A DNA stretch of 64,000 nucleotides, from positions 4,521 through 68,520 of the forward strand of contig NW_005201392.1 of the NCBI RefSeq assembly GCF_000372725.1. The letters run 5' to 3'. The notes beneath the pieces are model-generated. The model was given only the letters and a program-made list of their open reading frames with translations, had not been told where the DNA came from and made no database searches. A program made the translations under genes and the position numbers. This stretch comes from Emiliania huxleyi CCMP1516 (Eukaryota). The stretch's first letter is position 1, and every line of letters begins with the position of its first letter. This document shows, piece by piece, positions 38,641-59,663 of this stretch.

Positions 38641-39622
38641 CTGTTTTCTTTCTTTTTTTTACGGCTGCCCGTGTCCCATCCCTCGTTTGGCGTGTCTGTT
38701 TTCTTTCTTTCTTTCTTTACGGCTGCCCGTGCCAACCAATGCTTTGGCCGATTGAGCCTGTGGGTTCTCCTCGCCCTGCTGCTGTGGTGCCTCTACAATG
38801 CAAAGTGGACGATCGCTCATAAAGGCAAAAGGGCGAGGGCCAAGCCCGCCCTCACCGCCCGCCTGGGTTCCAACTTTTTCCGGGGTATGGTATGGTACCC
38901 TCACGGCCCAAAGGGTGGGGGGGTATGGTCCTGACCGCCCAAGACTAGCCCTCGCCAGGGGTGGGGGGGTATGGTCCCTCGGCCCCTCCCTCTACTTCCG
39001 CCGCCGAGCCCGCAGCGCCATGCATGAGGTAGGAACAGGCGCCCGTGTCGCAGAGCTGCTGCCGCTGCTCCACACTCCACTCGCCGACACCCTTCTGGTT
39101 GCGGAGCGCCTCAATGTCGCGCGAATCAACATAGCCGTCGCTCAGACTGCTCCGGCAAGATCTCGAACGCCAGCCGTCCAAGTTGGTTTACCTTTGTGTT
39201 GTGCTCCTCCTTATTCGCGAGGTTACGCATCTCGGTGACCAGCGCGAGCAGCGATGCCTTGGTGCAGCGCCAGCAGAGAGTGAATACGAGCTCGAGCGGC
39301 GGAGTGGTAGGCTGCGGCTCAGTCCGACTCGGAGGAACGCCGCGTGTGAGAGCGATTCTGTCCCCGTGGCCGACCTCACACTGGCAGCCACTCTCGTCCA
39401 ACCACACCCAGTGATCTCCCGCGGATGATTTGAGCACGCCCGTGGCTGCCGTGCCCTCTGGGCCGGCGCGGGGCCCCCAGAGGGTGTCCATGCGGGGGGG
39501 AGATGGGTTCCCACGGCCCGCCGCAGGCGCCGATTTTTTCGGATTTTTTTTCTTTTTTCGCGATTTTTACTTGTTTTCATGGGAGTTCTGCGTACTTGCG
39601 GCCATGCTATCACGCCTTGCGA

Positions 39623-40088
39623 CAGCCTGTCGGCGCTGCTGACCGTGCCATGATGCACAATTGATCACCTGCATAGCTCGCGGCCTTAGTATCAAGCATT
39701 CAGTGACGACCTGATTCTACGACCAGTAGGAAGGTGTCCTTCCATCGTGTGCACGCTTCTGGCGCAATGCGCGTCGCCTCGGATTGGCTGCTGGCACTCT
39801 CGAGGCTATGCCTACACAGCCTCGCGCGCATGGGCAGTCAGGAGGGACCACGCACCTTCACAGGACAGCGCCGGTGCCTCTCTCTTGGACTGGCAAACTT
39901 GGTGGTCTCGTGTCACCAATGTGGGACCAGTGCGGCATCGCGCCATCGACAGCTCTGAACTGCGCCTCACCACTGACCGGGAAGGCCGCCAAGTGGGCCA
40001 GCACAGGTCGCATATTGTGGCAGCAGTCAGCAGTGCATGTCTGATAGCTAGAGCTGCAGCGTCAGGGTCGCAGGGTCGGATCGTGTCA
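39623..40088. repeat. Dispersed repeat, inverted copy of 9470-9826
   Basis: Reverse-complement match with indels. Confidence 0.85.
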
Positions 40089-40681
40089 AGCCTCTCGCCC
40101 GGCCAGCCGCGTGCAGACGTCGGCCTGTCTGCTGTCTGGAGTGATCTGTCGGCGGTCAGTACGACCAATCAGGTCGGAGTTTTCTTATGGTTAGAGGGTC
40201 TATCTGTATGTACTCCTCGAGATCTCTCCAAATCTGCCCTCTGTTAGACCGGGTTAGATCGGGAAGTTGGTGCTAGTAGAGACTAGTAGAGCCGGAGCCC
40301 CGTTTCCGCACTGCGGCGCGGCGCACGGTGCCTCCGGGGGCCCCCGCGCCGGCCCAGAGGCCGTGCCGTGATAATGCTCAAGCAGCAGCGTGCTGCCGCT
40401 TGAAGGCGTCAGGGCGAGCTGCTTACGTGAAACACAGCGGGGCAGACACCCGAGGACAGTGCTGTCGTCCGCACATCTCGGCCGAGGACAAAGTCTCCAC
40501 CCACGCGTTGCGGCAGTGAGGTCAGCGGAGGTAAAGCTGGAGAGCCATCCTTCGCGATTACCGACCAGGACTCGCAGCATGCGAGTATGATTGGCGCGTC
40601 GGCGGCGAGCTGGTGAATACTTATAAAATATGTGTCGGACGCGTAGCACCTCTTGTTCCAATTCCACGCGGACCCGTGCGC

Positions 40682-42247
40682 TCACGATTTCTGCGGCTTG
40701 CGCGCCTTGCGCTGCGGCCCCGCGCCCGATCCCCAGGTGGCGCGCATCTGCTCCTCAGTGACGTGGTTGGGGTCGAGGCGCAGCGCCATCTCGCGCGCCT
40801 TGGACTCGTCGCCCGTCTTGTATGCAACCTGCGGCCGTGTGTGTGTGGAGCGGTGAGCGTAGAGGGCGAGCTCTCGCGATCTGCTTCAGCCGGAGAGGCG
40901 GAGGGCGAGAGGGCGTGGCGGGGCGACGCGGGCGTCAGTGCTGGAAGGGCTCCTCTGACGTTTTCTTTTCCCTGCGAACATGAGCCTGCGCTTTCTTTTC
41001 CCCAGCGATTTCTGTCTCTACCCCGCGCCTGCATGAGCCTGCGCGCCTCCTCCTGCTGCCGCATGTCCTCCATGAGCGCCGAGCTGCCCTTGCTCTCTCC
41101 CATCGCCTTTGCCATCAGCGCGGTCGTCGCCTCGGACCGCTTGGCGCGCTCCCTCGCGAGCTCCGCCTTGCGCGCCGCCTCGTCGTCGAACGTCGTCCGC
41201 TCGAACGTGGCGGCGGCGCTCGCCTGTGGACATGTCGTGGACGTGTCGTGGGCGTGTCGTGGACGTGTCGTGGACATGTCGTGGACGTGTCCGCTCGAAC
41301 GTGGTGGTGGCGCCTGTGCGTCGGCGCCCTCGCGCGCCTTTCGCGCCTGCTCCTTGAGGTACCACGTGCGCAGGTTGTAGTACTTCTCGTCGGGCAGCGT
41401 CGCCGTGTTGAAGTCCTCCACGTAGGTCGAGAAGTGCTCCTTGAGGTCGCGCTGCGAGCACGCCTGCAAGGGAGGCGCGTGGCGGCGGCTGTTGCACATG
41501 GCGGCTGCACATGGCTGCTGTGCATGGCGGCTGTCCATGGCGGCTGTGCATGGCTACTGCACATGGCTGTTGCACATGGCTGCTGTGCTGCTGTGCACCG
41601 CGGTGGGCCTGAGCAAGCTGTGCATGGTATGTCGGTGTTGCTGCTTGCTGCTGCGCTGCTGCTGCGTGCTGCTGCTGCGTGCTGCTGCGTGCTGCTGCTG
41701 CGTGCTGCTGCGTGCTGCTGCTGCGTGCTGCTGCGCTGCTGCGTGCGGTGCTTGCTGTTTTGCATAGCAGTGCGCCGAGCACGCCTCCTGCGGCACGCCC
41801 TTGACCTCAGATAGCCACGCCAGGAACTCCTCCTGCTTCTCGTACATCTGGTCCTCCTTGATGATGCCGTACTTGCCCCACTGCACCGCGGGCGGCCCGC
41901 CGCGCGGGCCGGCGTCGCCCGCGCCGTCGCCCGCGCCGTCGCGGCGCTTGTGCCGCTTCTCCTTCTTCTTCTTGTCCTTCTTCGAGTGGTGCTTCTGCGC
42001 TCGCGGCGAGCAGGCGCGGTGAGGTGGCGGGGGCGTGTGGCGGGGTGCTGCTGCGACAGCGGCACGCCTTCTCCTTCTTCTTCTTCTCCTTCTTCTCCTT
42101 CTTGGCGCGTTTCTCGCGCTTGCGTGCCTCGCGCGCCTCGTCCTCCGCCTCACGCCGCCGCCGCTTCTGGTCGCGCCGCCGCTCCTCGGCGAAAGGGTCC
42201 GAGTCGGAACTTTCGCTGTCGCTGCCGCTGCTGGAGGCTGAGGACAT
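40682..42247 (-). CDS. Conserved uncharacterised eukaryotic K/R-rich, probably nuclear protein, multi-exon
   Basis: S/D-rich then K-rich N-terminus; WGKYGIIKE..MYEKQEEFLAWLSEVK...F..YVEDFNTATLPDEKYYNL...AYKTGD...RLDP. Confidence 0.75.
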
Positions 42248-42689
42248 ACCCTCCTCCGCGGGCGCCCTGGGAAAAGAATTACGAGTGAGGGCACGGGAAA
42301 TATGCCGCGAGGGGTTGTCTGTTTTCTTTCTTTCTTTCTTTCTGCCGCGAGGTGGGCAGAGCTGCGACGAAAGGCGAGAGCAAGGGAGCGGCAGGCGGCG
42401 GCGCCGTCGCAGGACGAGGCAGAGGAGAGCGACGCGACAGGACGACAGAGGAAGAAGCGACAAGAGAGCAACAAATTGAGAGAACGACGAGAGTGAGTGG
42501 GACGACCGCGAGGTGGCATATATGATCCATGAATGAAGGTTGCAGCGAGAATCGGCGAGAGACTGCGAAGAGAGATAGGATAGGAAGAGGCGGACGCCCA
42601 AGGGTGGGCGACGGCTAGCGCATCACACCCCTCTCCTTAAAATCCCTGCGTGGTGGCGGCTTGCCGTCCTCCCATCCCTCCCTTGGGGG

Positions 42690-43005
42690 GCACTTGGAGC
42701 AGGTTGTACTTGGAGCACTTGGAGTGCAGTCGGTAACCTCACATCCAGGGCCGGTGAGCTGAGAAGCGCATCCAGCGGGCCGGATGATCGGCATCGGGCT
42801 ACGGGCTAGAGAGCCCTGACCCCTAGCTAGGGGGGTGCGCATTCGCAGGGCAAGGGCCTTAAAGTAAACACGGGTCTCCGAGGGTTAGTTCTGCGCTTTG
42901 GGTGTCCCCTAGCGGCGGAACGCCCCCTCTACTCGGAGCTAGTAAACACCAGACACTAGACACGAGCATGACGTACACTCTCACCCGACATCGCCACTCA
43001 GGGCT
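42690..43005 (+). repeat. Dispersed intergenic repeat family copy
   Basis: Reverse complement of 34186-34480. Confidence 0.85.
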
Positions 43006-44455
43006 CCTCCGCCCGATCTCCCCACCTCCCATCCGAGGGGGCTCCCCTCTCCTCCCGGTCCTCCCTCCTGTTCGATTTCCGATGGTTCGGCGTCGGCTGC
43101 GGAGCCCGCCTTCCCCTCTTATACTTCTTCGACCGCGGCCTCGCCGTCGTCTCGTCTTCGGGGGCTATTCTTGTTGCCTCCGCCTCCGGCGATCCCGTGC
43201 CCGACTCCTCGGGTGAGGGCGGCGGCATTCGATCGCCACGCCGCCCCTCCCCGGGGGGTGGGGCCAGCTCTCTTCGGTCGAGGACTCGCGCCCGCCCCCG
43301 CGGTCTCTCTATCGTCCTCGGCTCGTCCGTCCGTCTCGACTCTACTCGCAGAGGCCGCGTCAGCTCGTCTCTCGCCTCCTCCGACAGCTGACCCCAGGCC
43401 CCCCCCGGGGCCCTCCGGTCTCGGCCCTCCGGCTCGCCGGCGGGTTCGTTATTGTGTTGCGGCAACTCCCCCCTCCCAGCTCCTTCTCCCGGGTACGCCA
43501 GCCTCCGGCGGGGCGGTTCCGGATCCCCCAGGTTATTCCGAGCGGGTCCACACGGTGGCGGCCCCGCCGGCGGCGGGGGTGGAGGCGGTGGCAGGGGCGG
43601 CGGGTATAGTGGCGGCCCTTGCGGTCCAAACGCCTGGTGTGGAGCCGCTGGGGCGGCCCCACGACCCTGCAGCCGTCCCAGTGGTGGGGGCGGAAGTGGC
43701 TGTACGTTATCTTTCTTTTTTTTTCTGGGCACGGGACTGGGGGAAAGAATTCTGCCACGCGCCCCCCTGGGGAAAGAAGACAGGTCGGACAAAGCAGTAC
43801 ATACAGCTAGTTAGTTAGGAGCCGATTCACACGACAGACAAGGCGCAGACGACAAGAAAGAAGTTCGCACCGCTGGGTGCGCTTCTTAGCTCCCCGGGCC
43901 TGGATGTGAGGTTAATGACTGCACTCCAAGTGCTCCAAGTGCACTGGCGGGCCTCCTACGATAGGGTAGGCTAGTGACACCTGCCATGAGTGCACAGCGC
44001 AGGCATTGGGCACCTGACATATAATTTGTGTTCCTCGGGGTGGCTCATTCACGGAAAGGAGAGGGAAACTCGAGCGCCTGGATGCCCAACTACCGCTGGG
44101 TGCTGCTGGCATGACGTGTATATCTTCCCTCTCGTAGATAGACTATAACGTCACGGTCATCACCACCAACCAACAGTCCAACCAAGCACATGACCAGACC
44201 AGCCAGCGGGACGTTGTGCAGGTCTTCGTTCAGCGCTTTGCGGCAGACTTCGCGGCAGACTCCCTCCACAGCGATCCGAGATGTATGTGCATGTATTGTT
44301 AAATGGTACTAGTTGGGGCAGTGTGGTCGCAATGCAAAGAGTGGCCGGGGAAGCGTTTCCAAGTGTATCGGGAAAAAATTTTTACAAAAAAAGAAAAAGC
44401 CGCGCCACCTTGGTTGGCGCAGCTTGCAGTCGACAAGCTCGCCCACGCTCCGGCG

Positions 44456-51492
<7,037 letters not shown>

Positions 51493-51906
51493 CCGGCTGC
51501 GCGTCACCGTCGCAGTCGCCACACGCGCTCTTAGCTACGCCCCCGCCGACCCTGTCTTGTATCTCTTGCGCACACACATACGCCAGTGAGCTGCTGGCGC
51601 GACTGGTCGTGTCGCTCCGGTCCCTTTTGTTACTCTGTATGCGGAGGTGAGGTGTGCGCAAGGAAATCTTATACGTAAAAGCTCGTGCACGCCGGTAGGA
51701 GGTGGTTGCTCCGCCGCCGGACCGCCCTCTCGCGCAGCCTGAACTCCCCCGTAGAAGCTCGCGAACAGTGCGGATTGTTGGAGCGCCGCGCCGGACCTCC
51801 CCGCCGGGGCCCGCCGGGGCGCCATATGGGACTCGTGGTGCCCGAGAAGCTTAGAGGTGAAGGTTTTTTGCTTGTGTCTATCGGTTCATGTCATGGACCG
51901 GCCGGC

Positions 51907-54653
51907 CTACTCAAACATGTCCGCGAGCAGCTCCTTGTTCTTCATGACTGCCCAGTCGGTGAGGCCGGCGAGCAGGTTCGTCTGCTCGTTGGTCAGTGAT
52001 GTGAGACCTCCCTTGAGGCCGCAGCACTCGCCGCCGGCGCCACACGAGACGATCGGGTTGGGCAGGAACGAGCCAAAGTGCGGGAAGCCGGCGAAGGGGC
52101 CGTCGTCGCCCTTGGCCAGCTGGTCGCGCGTGTCCTGCGGCAGCTGCGCCTCCCACTCTTTCGAGCTCGAGAGGTAAAAGAGGCAGAGGTCGAGACGCTT
52201 GTCCGGCGCGACGCCCATGTAGTCGTTGCCCACCTGGGGAGATATGGGGAGATATGGGGAGAGATGGGGAGAGATGGGGAGATGCGGGGAGATGCGGGAG
52301 ATGCGGGGAGAGACGTAATCGCTGCCCACCGTGGTCAGCGTCATGCGCACGACGGCGGTCTTGCCATCCGCCATGCTGTCCTGCATCGCGCGCACAAAGG
52401 GGCCAAAGTCGCTCTCACGGAAGACTCGCAGCGTGGCCGGGTCGCGCTCGGGCCAGCCCCACCTACAGGACGGTTCTAGGAGAGGTCTAGGAAAGGTCTA
52501 GGAGGGGTCTAGGAAAGGTCGCGCTCGGGCCAGCCCCACCGGTCCGCGCCGACGGAGAGCCCAAAGAGCGGCGGGAGGAAGCTCGAGATGGATTCGCGGA
52601 GCTTCTCCTCCGACGTCTCGCTGTACGGGTCCTGGGGAGATATGGGGAGATATGGGGAGAGAGACGGGGAGAGACGGGAAGAGACGGGGAGAGACGGGGA
52701 GAGGCGGGGAGAGGCGGGGAGAGGCGGGGAGAGGTGGACCTGTGCTAGGCCTCGAGATACGGGGAGATACGGGGAGATGTGGGGGGAGATATGGATCTGC
52801 GCATCTGGGCTCGCTACCCACTTGTCGCGCGGCGCGAGCGGCTGGGACGTGTTGAGGAAGCAGACCTCATGGTCGACGCTCCGCACCAGCACGTTGTACT
52901 GCGCGAGGATGTCGCCCTCGAGGTCGCCGTCCCCCTGCCGGTAGCGGCTGGACGGCGGCGGCTGCGGCTGCTCCGCCATCTTTGGCCAGTCGGGGAGGAG
53001 CGGCCCAACCAGGGGCACGTCGAGCAGCTTGGTGAGCCCGTCGACGATTGTCGATGTGCCAGTCGTGACCACCGCGTACTTGCGCAAGCAGCAGAAGAGG
53101 CCGCCGCCGAACTGGCAGCGGTCGTCGTTGCGCGTCGACGGGTCGGTGCTCGCGGTCAGCCAGTAGAGGTCGCGCTCGCCCCAGACCGAGGATGCGCCCG
53201 CCGCCTGCCCAGGGTTCGGGTACCGTGGGGGTAGGGGAGGGTGGCTTCGGGTACCGTGGGGTAGGGGAGGGACGCGCCAGCCGCCTGCTTCAGGCTCCAG
53301 CGCAACTCCGGAGGCGGAAGGCCTTCGACGACTGCGCTCGCGCCGGGCACGGCATCCGAGAGGGACGATCCCGCCGCGGCGCCTCCGTATGCAAACGGCT
53401 CGATCATTCCGCCCTTGGTGACCTGTAGGGAGAGATGGGGAGATATGGGGAGACATGGGGAGATACGGGGAGATCATCCCGCCCTTGGTGACCGTCGCGG
53501 TGGAGCCATCGGCGTAGGTGACGTCGACGTCCTGCAGGAGCGGGTAGCCGACGTACAGCGGCGTGCTCTCCATGTTTGTGAAGGCGTTCTTCGTCGACGA
53601 GAGCAGCGGCGCGCCTGCGGAGGATCGCTCCGAGAAGGTTCACGGAAAGGTCCAGCAGCCGTTCTCCGCCGACGAGAGCACAAGACGCGCCCGAGCCAGC
53701 AAGCAAGGAGCCGTCCTTAGGCGGGCCGAGGGAGGAGGTGGAGAGGATGAGGAACGGCGCGCCCTCGCGTGGGAGGAGGAAGTCGGAGGCCTTGAGGTGC
53801 CGGTTCCGCGCCAGCGCCTCCTCGCGAGACTGCTCGTTCCACGTGAAGAATTGGTCGCCCCCGAGCCCGTACGGCTGCAGCACCGCGTCACCCAGCGACT
53901 GGCTCCAGACCTGCCCGGGGTTCGGGTACCGTGGGGTAGGGGAGGGTGGGTTCGGGTACCGTGGAGTAGGGTAGGGTGGGTTCGAGTACCGTGGGGTGAG
54001 GGAGGGTGGGTCCGGACCTGCCCAGGGTCGCCTGTCCAGCAGCCGAGGCAGCCCGCGCGCGCGGCGCGCGGCAGCAGCCCGAAGAACATGTCGCGCGTCG
54101 CGCCGTACCCCAGCGACTCCTTTGGCAGCTCCGCGAGCTGAGCCATCGTCAGCTCCTCGGGCGGCGGGCTCGCGCCGTAAAAGACGCTGTCGGGCGTGTC
54201 GTTTTGGTTGTAGACGGTCACCGCCGTCAGCCACGAGCCGCCCGAGACGCCGGCCAGGTACCGCGTCCTCTTCAAGTGGTGCAGGTTGTGAAGCGCCCGC
54301 ATCTGGCCGTAGCCGGCCGCGTATGAGCGGCACCCGCCGCCGCTGACGCACACCCCGATGTTGGCGGTAACCGTCGTGTCTTGGAACCCGGGGAGCTGCT
54401 GCTCGGGCCAGGGGTAGTCCACCACGCCGACGGTGTTGAAGCCGTTGTAGCGCTCTCCCGCCCAGAGCTTCGCCGTGGTGCTCGGCGGCTCGCAGCACCG
54501 CAGTCGAGGCTGCGGCGTGCCGTGGGTCGTCGCGGCAGCCGGCGCCGTGGAGCGAGCGGCCGCCGGCTGAACCAGCGGCTGCTGCTGCCGGTGCTGCTGC
54601 CTCCGCATCTTGACGTAGCCACTCGACGGAGGTGGACAGCTGGGCGTCGCCAT
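51907..54653 (-). CDS. cPLA2/phospholipase B (patatin-like) lysophospholipase, multi-exon
   Basis: GVCVSGGGCRS oxyanion motif, YLAGVSGGSW nucleophile elbow, later GDGDLE candidate catalytic Asp. Confidence 0.82.
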
Positions 54654-55601
54654 ATTCTGCGAGAGAGAAGGCGAGCGGAGGGCAAGGTTGTGAAGGCTCT
54701 CTCTCCGGCTGCGCGCCTGACCGGTGCGGCCTCCGAGTCGGCGTCTAGCGCGCGCGATAAGCCTTCCCTGGGACCCCGTGTTGCATAAGGAGTGCACAGA
54801 TGGGTGTTTCCACAATCAAACCGTCCGTGAAGAGTGCTTGATTCACGGACAGCGAGGCTGCCCGCATGTTCAATCGTTCCCGCAAGCGGAGCTCCCCACC
54901 GGGGGCTTGAAGACACTGAGCCGAGCGCGCCGGCGGCGGACCGCCGCCGGCGCGCTCGCTTCGGCGGATGGCTGAGCGGCACAGTTTCTGGCCGCCCGGC
55001 CTGCGAGCTGTCGCCGCGAGACGATCGAAGGCGCTCAGTTCAAGCGCGCCGCCATGCCAGATCTCGCCCCACGCCCCGACCAGACCAGGCAGTGCGTGCA
55101 GGAATTATGCAGGCATGGGTGTGGTGAGCACGCCAGCGGCACCGCTGCGCACTCTCAGGGTCGCAGCCGCCGATCTCGTGAGGGAGGGGCGTGGGTCGGG
55201 GCGGGTGCGAGAGAGTCGAGGAGCGCGGCGCGCGCGTGCGCGCGTGGGGTAAGTCGGTTGATATTTCATCACTGGTATAAAAGACCCAAAACGGCACGCG
55301 CGCCGCGCGCACGCGCGCTCGCATCACCTCAACACTCACACAGCAAATCAAAGATGCGGGCAGCCGCTCGGGGCGAGGGTTTCTTCGATCAAAAAAGGGA
55401 CGTCAGCGAATCTGGGCACGGCTCATGTCACTGTCATCACTGTGCGATTTCGGGGCCCGGGGTTGTGCGTTTACGTGAAGGCGCCACAAGGTGTTTCTTT
55501 TCCCTGTCAGTGGGGGGTGGGGGGCCGAAGCAGCGGTTTTGGTGCGCTGGGGGCGCAGCGCACGGGCGGCGAGTTTGACCCGCAGGACTTGCTGCGTCGC
55601 C

Positions 55602-56602
55602 ATGATGAGGCTCCGCCTCGGTATAGCCGAGATCGACAGCTACAACATGCTCTTCTACGGGCATTACCTTCGCCACAGCGAGCGAGCGGCCAACTCGTGC
55701 CTGGGCCGTGAGTCCACCAGCGCCACCGTCAGTCACGTGGCTCTGGCAAAGTACGTCAGCAGCGTGTCTTGGAACGACGTCGTGGACATCCGGACGACGG
55801 CACACCCGTCGGAGGATGGCACCCTGCTGCACGAGTGGTTCGTCAACGAGAGGTACGACACGCCCGTGCACGTGTGCCTCTGCAGCTACGACGTGGACGG
55901 ACCGGCAGGCTTCGTCGGCGCGCGCACGCCCGACGGCAAGGAGGCGCGTCGGGTGAATCCGCGACAGCCGTGGGACCCTCTCGGAACCCTCTCGGAACCT
56001 TCCGCCCAGGCGCGTCGGCTCATCGCGCTGCAGCGCGAGGGCGCCGCCGTCTTCACGCCACAGGACGGCGCCGGCCGCAGCGAGGCCTTTGGCGTCTACC
56101 CGGACATGGTCGGCCCGAACGGCGCGCTGGCCGTGCCGTGCGTGATGGACCTATTCGAGCGGCAGCGCACCGTCTTGATCGGCGGGCAGGAGCGCACACG
56201 CACCCGCCACCTCGCCGCCTCCGTCCCCTCCTCTCTCCGCCCAGCCCGCCGCCGCCCTCGCCGCCGCCGCCCTTGCCGCCGACCTCACCCGACCCCACCC
56301 AGGAGGAGCTCGAGCGGCTCAAGCTCGAGGAGGGCACCTTCATCGTCGTCTACCTCATCCAGCAGCTGCGGCTGCCGCCGGCAACCGTCGTGCGACCGCG
56401 CGAGTTGGTCGAGGTGAGCTCTGCGTGCACGGTGCAGGGCGACGGCCTCTTCTACTGCGTCAAGCAGAGTGTGGTGCATCTGCCATCGGGCCAGCTGTGC
56501 GCGGAGGGCTACCTGAAGCTTGCCTTTGTGCGGGGCGGCGCCGTCGGCAAGGCGCCGCCCGCAATCCTCCGCCGCTTAGGCGTCAAGAATGACCGAAGTT
56601 AG
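55602..56602 (+). CDS. Double-hotdog thioesterase-superfamily protein, three exons
   Basis: AEIDSYNMLFYGHYLRHSERA; MDLFERQRTVLIGGQ; paralog of 22390-24718. Confidence 0.7.
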
Positions 56603-57435
56603 TTAAACAACAGTGTCAGCCAACTGATACGCTATCTCATACGAACACAGAGGCGGCCGGTGTGCCGTGTGAAGGGGCTGGGGCCGCGCGCGCACCAAAA
56701 GGACGACAGCAAGACGGACTCACAAAAGAGAGCACACTGGCGCGCACAAGCACACTTGACATTATGGATCGCATGCGGTAAACTCAGGGAGGAAATTACA
56801 GGCAGGCGGGGAGGGGATGAACAGGATATCCCTTCTATTGCTTTGCCGTTTTGGCGCGCTTCCCTTTCGGTGCACCGCGGGCAATCGCTGGAGGCCCATC
56901 TCGGACGGCGACGCGCTGGACGCCCCATGCAACAAGACCCAGGCCGAAGACAGCCTGCTCCGGCGTGCCGGTGTTGCCAAGCCCTTTTCGAATCAGGAGT
57001 GCAGCTCCGACGAGAATCGACAGAGTCGTGAACCAGAAGATTGCGAAATCGACCCGTCGCAGGAGCTCCTTGCGAACGGTGACTCGGACGTCGGGAGCCA
57101 GCGTTGCGGTGACGGCCGGCACCGTGGCCTCCTTCTGCTTCTTGGAGGTGCCCATTCGGGCGGCAGCGCAGCGATCGCGGGTGTCTGTCCCAAGCTGCGA
57201 GAGGGCCAACTGAGATGGCCTGCGTGCTGCAGCTCTCTACAGCACAACAGGCTCGACACAGGTGCGAACACAGGCTGAGTGAGAATCAGAAGAAAGGGAC
57301 ACGAATCCCTCTCGAGCCTCCGCATACAGAATCCTGTCTTGGGTGGCAGAATCGCTAGTGCAGAATCCTCAGGCGTGGACAGGGTTCTCCAAGACTGCTG
57401 GCGCGTGCTAGTACTATCACAGGCACACCACCCGC

Positions 57436-57960
57436 CTAAGCGACTCCGTTAAGAACGGCAATGCACTTAGCACCGTGCACAATGCCGCTGTCCCCGCACG
57501 CTAGCTCGTTCACCGTCTGCCACGCCACGGCGGTGTGGAGAACGACAGACAAGCGCTGCATCTGCAGCCCGTGCCAGTTCTTGGTGGTCCATGTGACCTC
57601 ATCGAGGTGCTGAGCGTGCGAAAGTTTGTTACTCAGCTGGTCCGCCGCCTGCCGAAGAATTTTGCGGACGCCGTCCCCGAAGCCGCCGAACGTCTCGAAG
57701 TCGAGGTTCGAGAGCAGCGTCGCGCACGACGTCGAGCTTAGCCGCGGCAGCTGGAGCAGCCGCATCAGTAGGCGACGCACCAGGGTCGCGTGAGGCGGCT
57801 GGCCCGAGGCCGGACGGCGGCGCGGCGGACAGCGGAACGAGCGTCGGAGTGGTTGCCGGGGCCGTACGGCTCGAGATCGAAGGTGTGGCCGCAGGGAGCG
57901 CGGGCAAGGGCGCTGGAAGCAACACGGAGCTCCGTTGGAGACGTTTTCAAGATTAGCGTG
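57436..57960 (-). mobile_element. 3' relic of an RLE-type (CRE-like) non-LTR retrotransposon
   Basis: FETFGGFGDGVRKILRQAA...QRLSVVLHTAVA resembles the C-terminal restriction-like endonuclease region; frameshifts and stops upstream. Confidence 0.55.
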
Positions 57961-58384
57961 TCAGAGTGAAATGGCACTAGCCTGGACGAAATGCTCCACT
58001 GCCCCCCCGGAACGCGCCTGCGCGGCGGCGAGCAGTGAAGAGGCGCGGAAAGCTGATTTTTTTACTTTTGGACGCATTTCGGGCTCCGTACTGGTTGACG
58101 CAGAGCCGCACGCGCCGACCGGCGCCGTTCGCGATCACGAGGGAGGATGCTGGCCATCCCGGGCTCTGTGCACATCGGCAGCGCGCGTTCTACGCGCTCC
58201 GCTATCCAGGTCTTGGCGCCCCACCTGGCACGCGTCGCTGGGCGCTCAGTCCCGCGTCCCCTGCTCGCCACCCCGACGCTCAAGGCGCCCGAGTCGAACG
58301 ACAGGCGGCACGCGAAGACTGGTTGCAACCCCGCCGACCACCAGGCCGCGGGGGGAGGTGCTCTGTACTGCTACACTATCAAAC

Positions 58385-58555
58385 TATTAGCCTAATAACG
58401 TACCTAATTATCAACACATACCTAATAATTAGCTTGTTATTAGGACTTTCGCGTTATTAGCCCGGGCGTGGCTAATAATCGTAGCTAATAACCCTCCACC
58501 GCGGGCGGGCTCGAGCCAGGGCTAATAACAAGCGCTAATAATAGGGCTAATAACA
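58385..58555. repeat. AT-rich island of direct and inverted CTAATAA motifs (possible transposon terminus)
   Basis: Repeated CTAATAA/TTATTAG in a GC-rich background. Confidence 0.6.
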
Positions 58556-59663
58556 CGCGCCGACACAGCCGCACCGCCCAAGTCCAGTCCCCGCATGCCG
58601 CGCACGGGTGCTCTCGCGCTTGCGCGCCTGCCGGCTTTGCGGAGGGCACATGAGTAGCCTACGATTGACCCATCTCCGGCCGTCTCTATGCACTCGCAGG
58701 TGCGTTTGGTCCTCGGCGCGCCCGCTCTCGCTGCCTCGAGCTGCAGAGATGCCTGCAAAGAAGACCGGGCGCGGAGCGAATCTGAGCCTACTCAACAAGG
58801 AGCACCCGAAGGACAAAAAGGGCGACGACGACATCGGCGACCTCGTACGTCGACAAGCCGGACGACTCGTCGAGCTCGGGCGAGTCCACCAGCGGCGAGG
58901 CGCTGCCGCTGGTGCAGTCAACCCACCCCTTCTCTGGTGCGAGCAGCGCACGGAAGAAGGGGAAGAACAAGCGGCCTCGGGCCGCGGAGGGCCCTAGCCA
59001 ACGGACGCTCGCCGATTTCATGCCCCGCCGGCCGCCTTCTCTCTCAGATGGCGCCACCTCTCAGCCTCCCGCCGACGCTCCCGCCGACGCTCCCACCTCC
59101 TCTCCCGCCGCCCCGACGGAGGAGATGGCGCCAGCGCTGCCCGAGCCCGAGCCCGAGCAGCTGCCGCCGCCTAAGCTAGCCGCGGAGCCACCGGCCAAGC
59201 CAAAGCGCGGCCGCCCACCGGGCAGCAAAAGGCCGGCTCAAGCCAGTGCGTCCAACCCGAGCCACTGCGGCCGTGCGTCGAGCTCTATCGGCGGCAACAC
59301 GAGCGAGGTTTGGTGCTCTCAGGAGCGCTATGCCAACGCGTGGTCGGCAGGGGCCGGCGGGGCAGGTCCGCGGCGAGCGCTTCGCCTGCGGCGCGCGTCT
59401 CTGGCCACCAGGGAGGGTCTGGAGGGCGATTTTGGGGTCGATTTTTGGGAAGTGATGCCAATCGAGAGATCTCGCCGAGCCCTTTTCGGTGGTGTGCTTG
59501 CGAGCTTTTTTTCGCACGGGAAGCATTTTTCGTACTCACAAACGTGAATTAGTCGACTAGGCTGGGTGCACCAATATTGGAACACTCCAACATCAGATTT
59601 GCCGCGTGCGTCCCTTTTTGAGGCGGAAAGCCGTATTTTCTTTTGGGTCCTGTGGGCACCCTA

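Noticed and set aside
42998..43792. 264-aa Pro/Arg-rich minus-strand ORF between repeat copies
   Set aside because: No recognisable domain; likely a degraded repeat interior.
58749..59330. Pro-rich ORF with an AT-hook-like KRGRPPGSK
   Set aside because: One short motif in a frameshifted, repeat-flanked region is not enough to call a gene.
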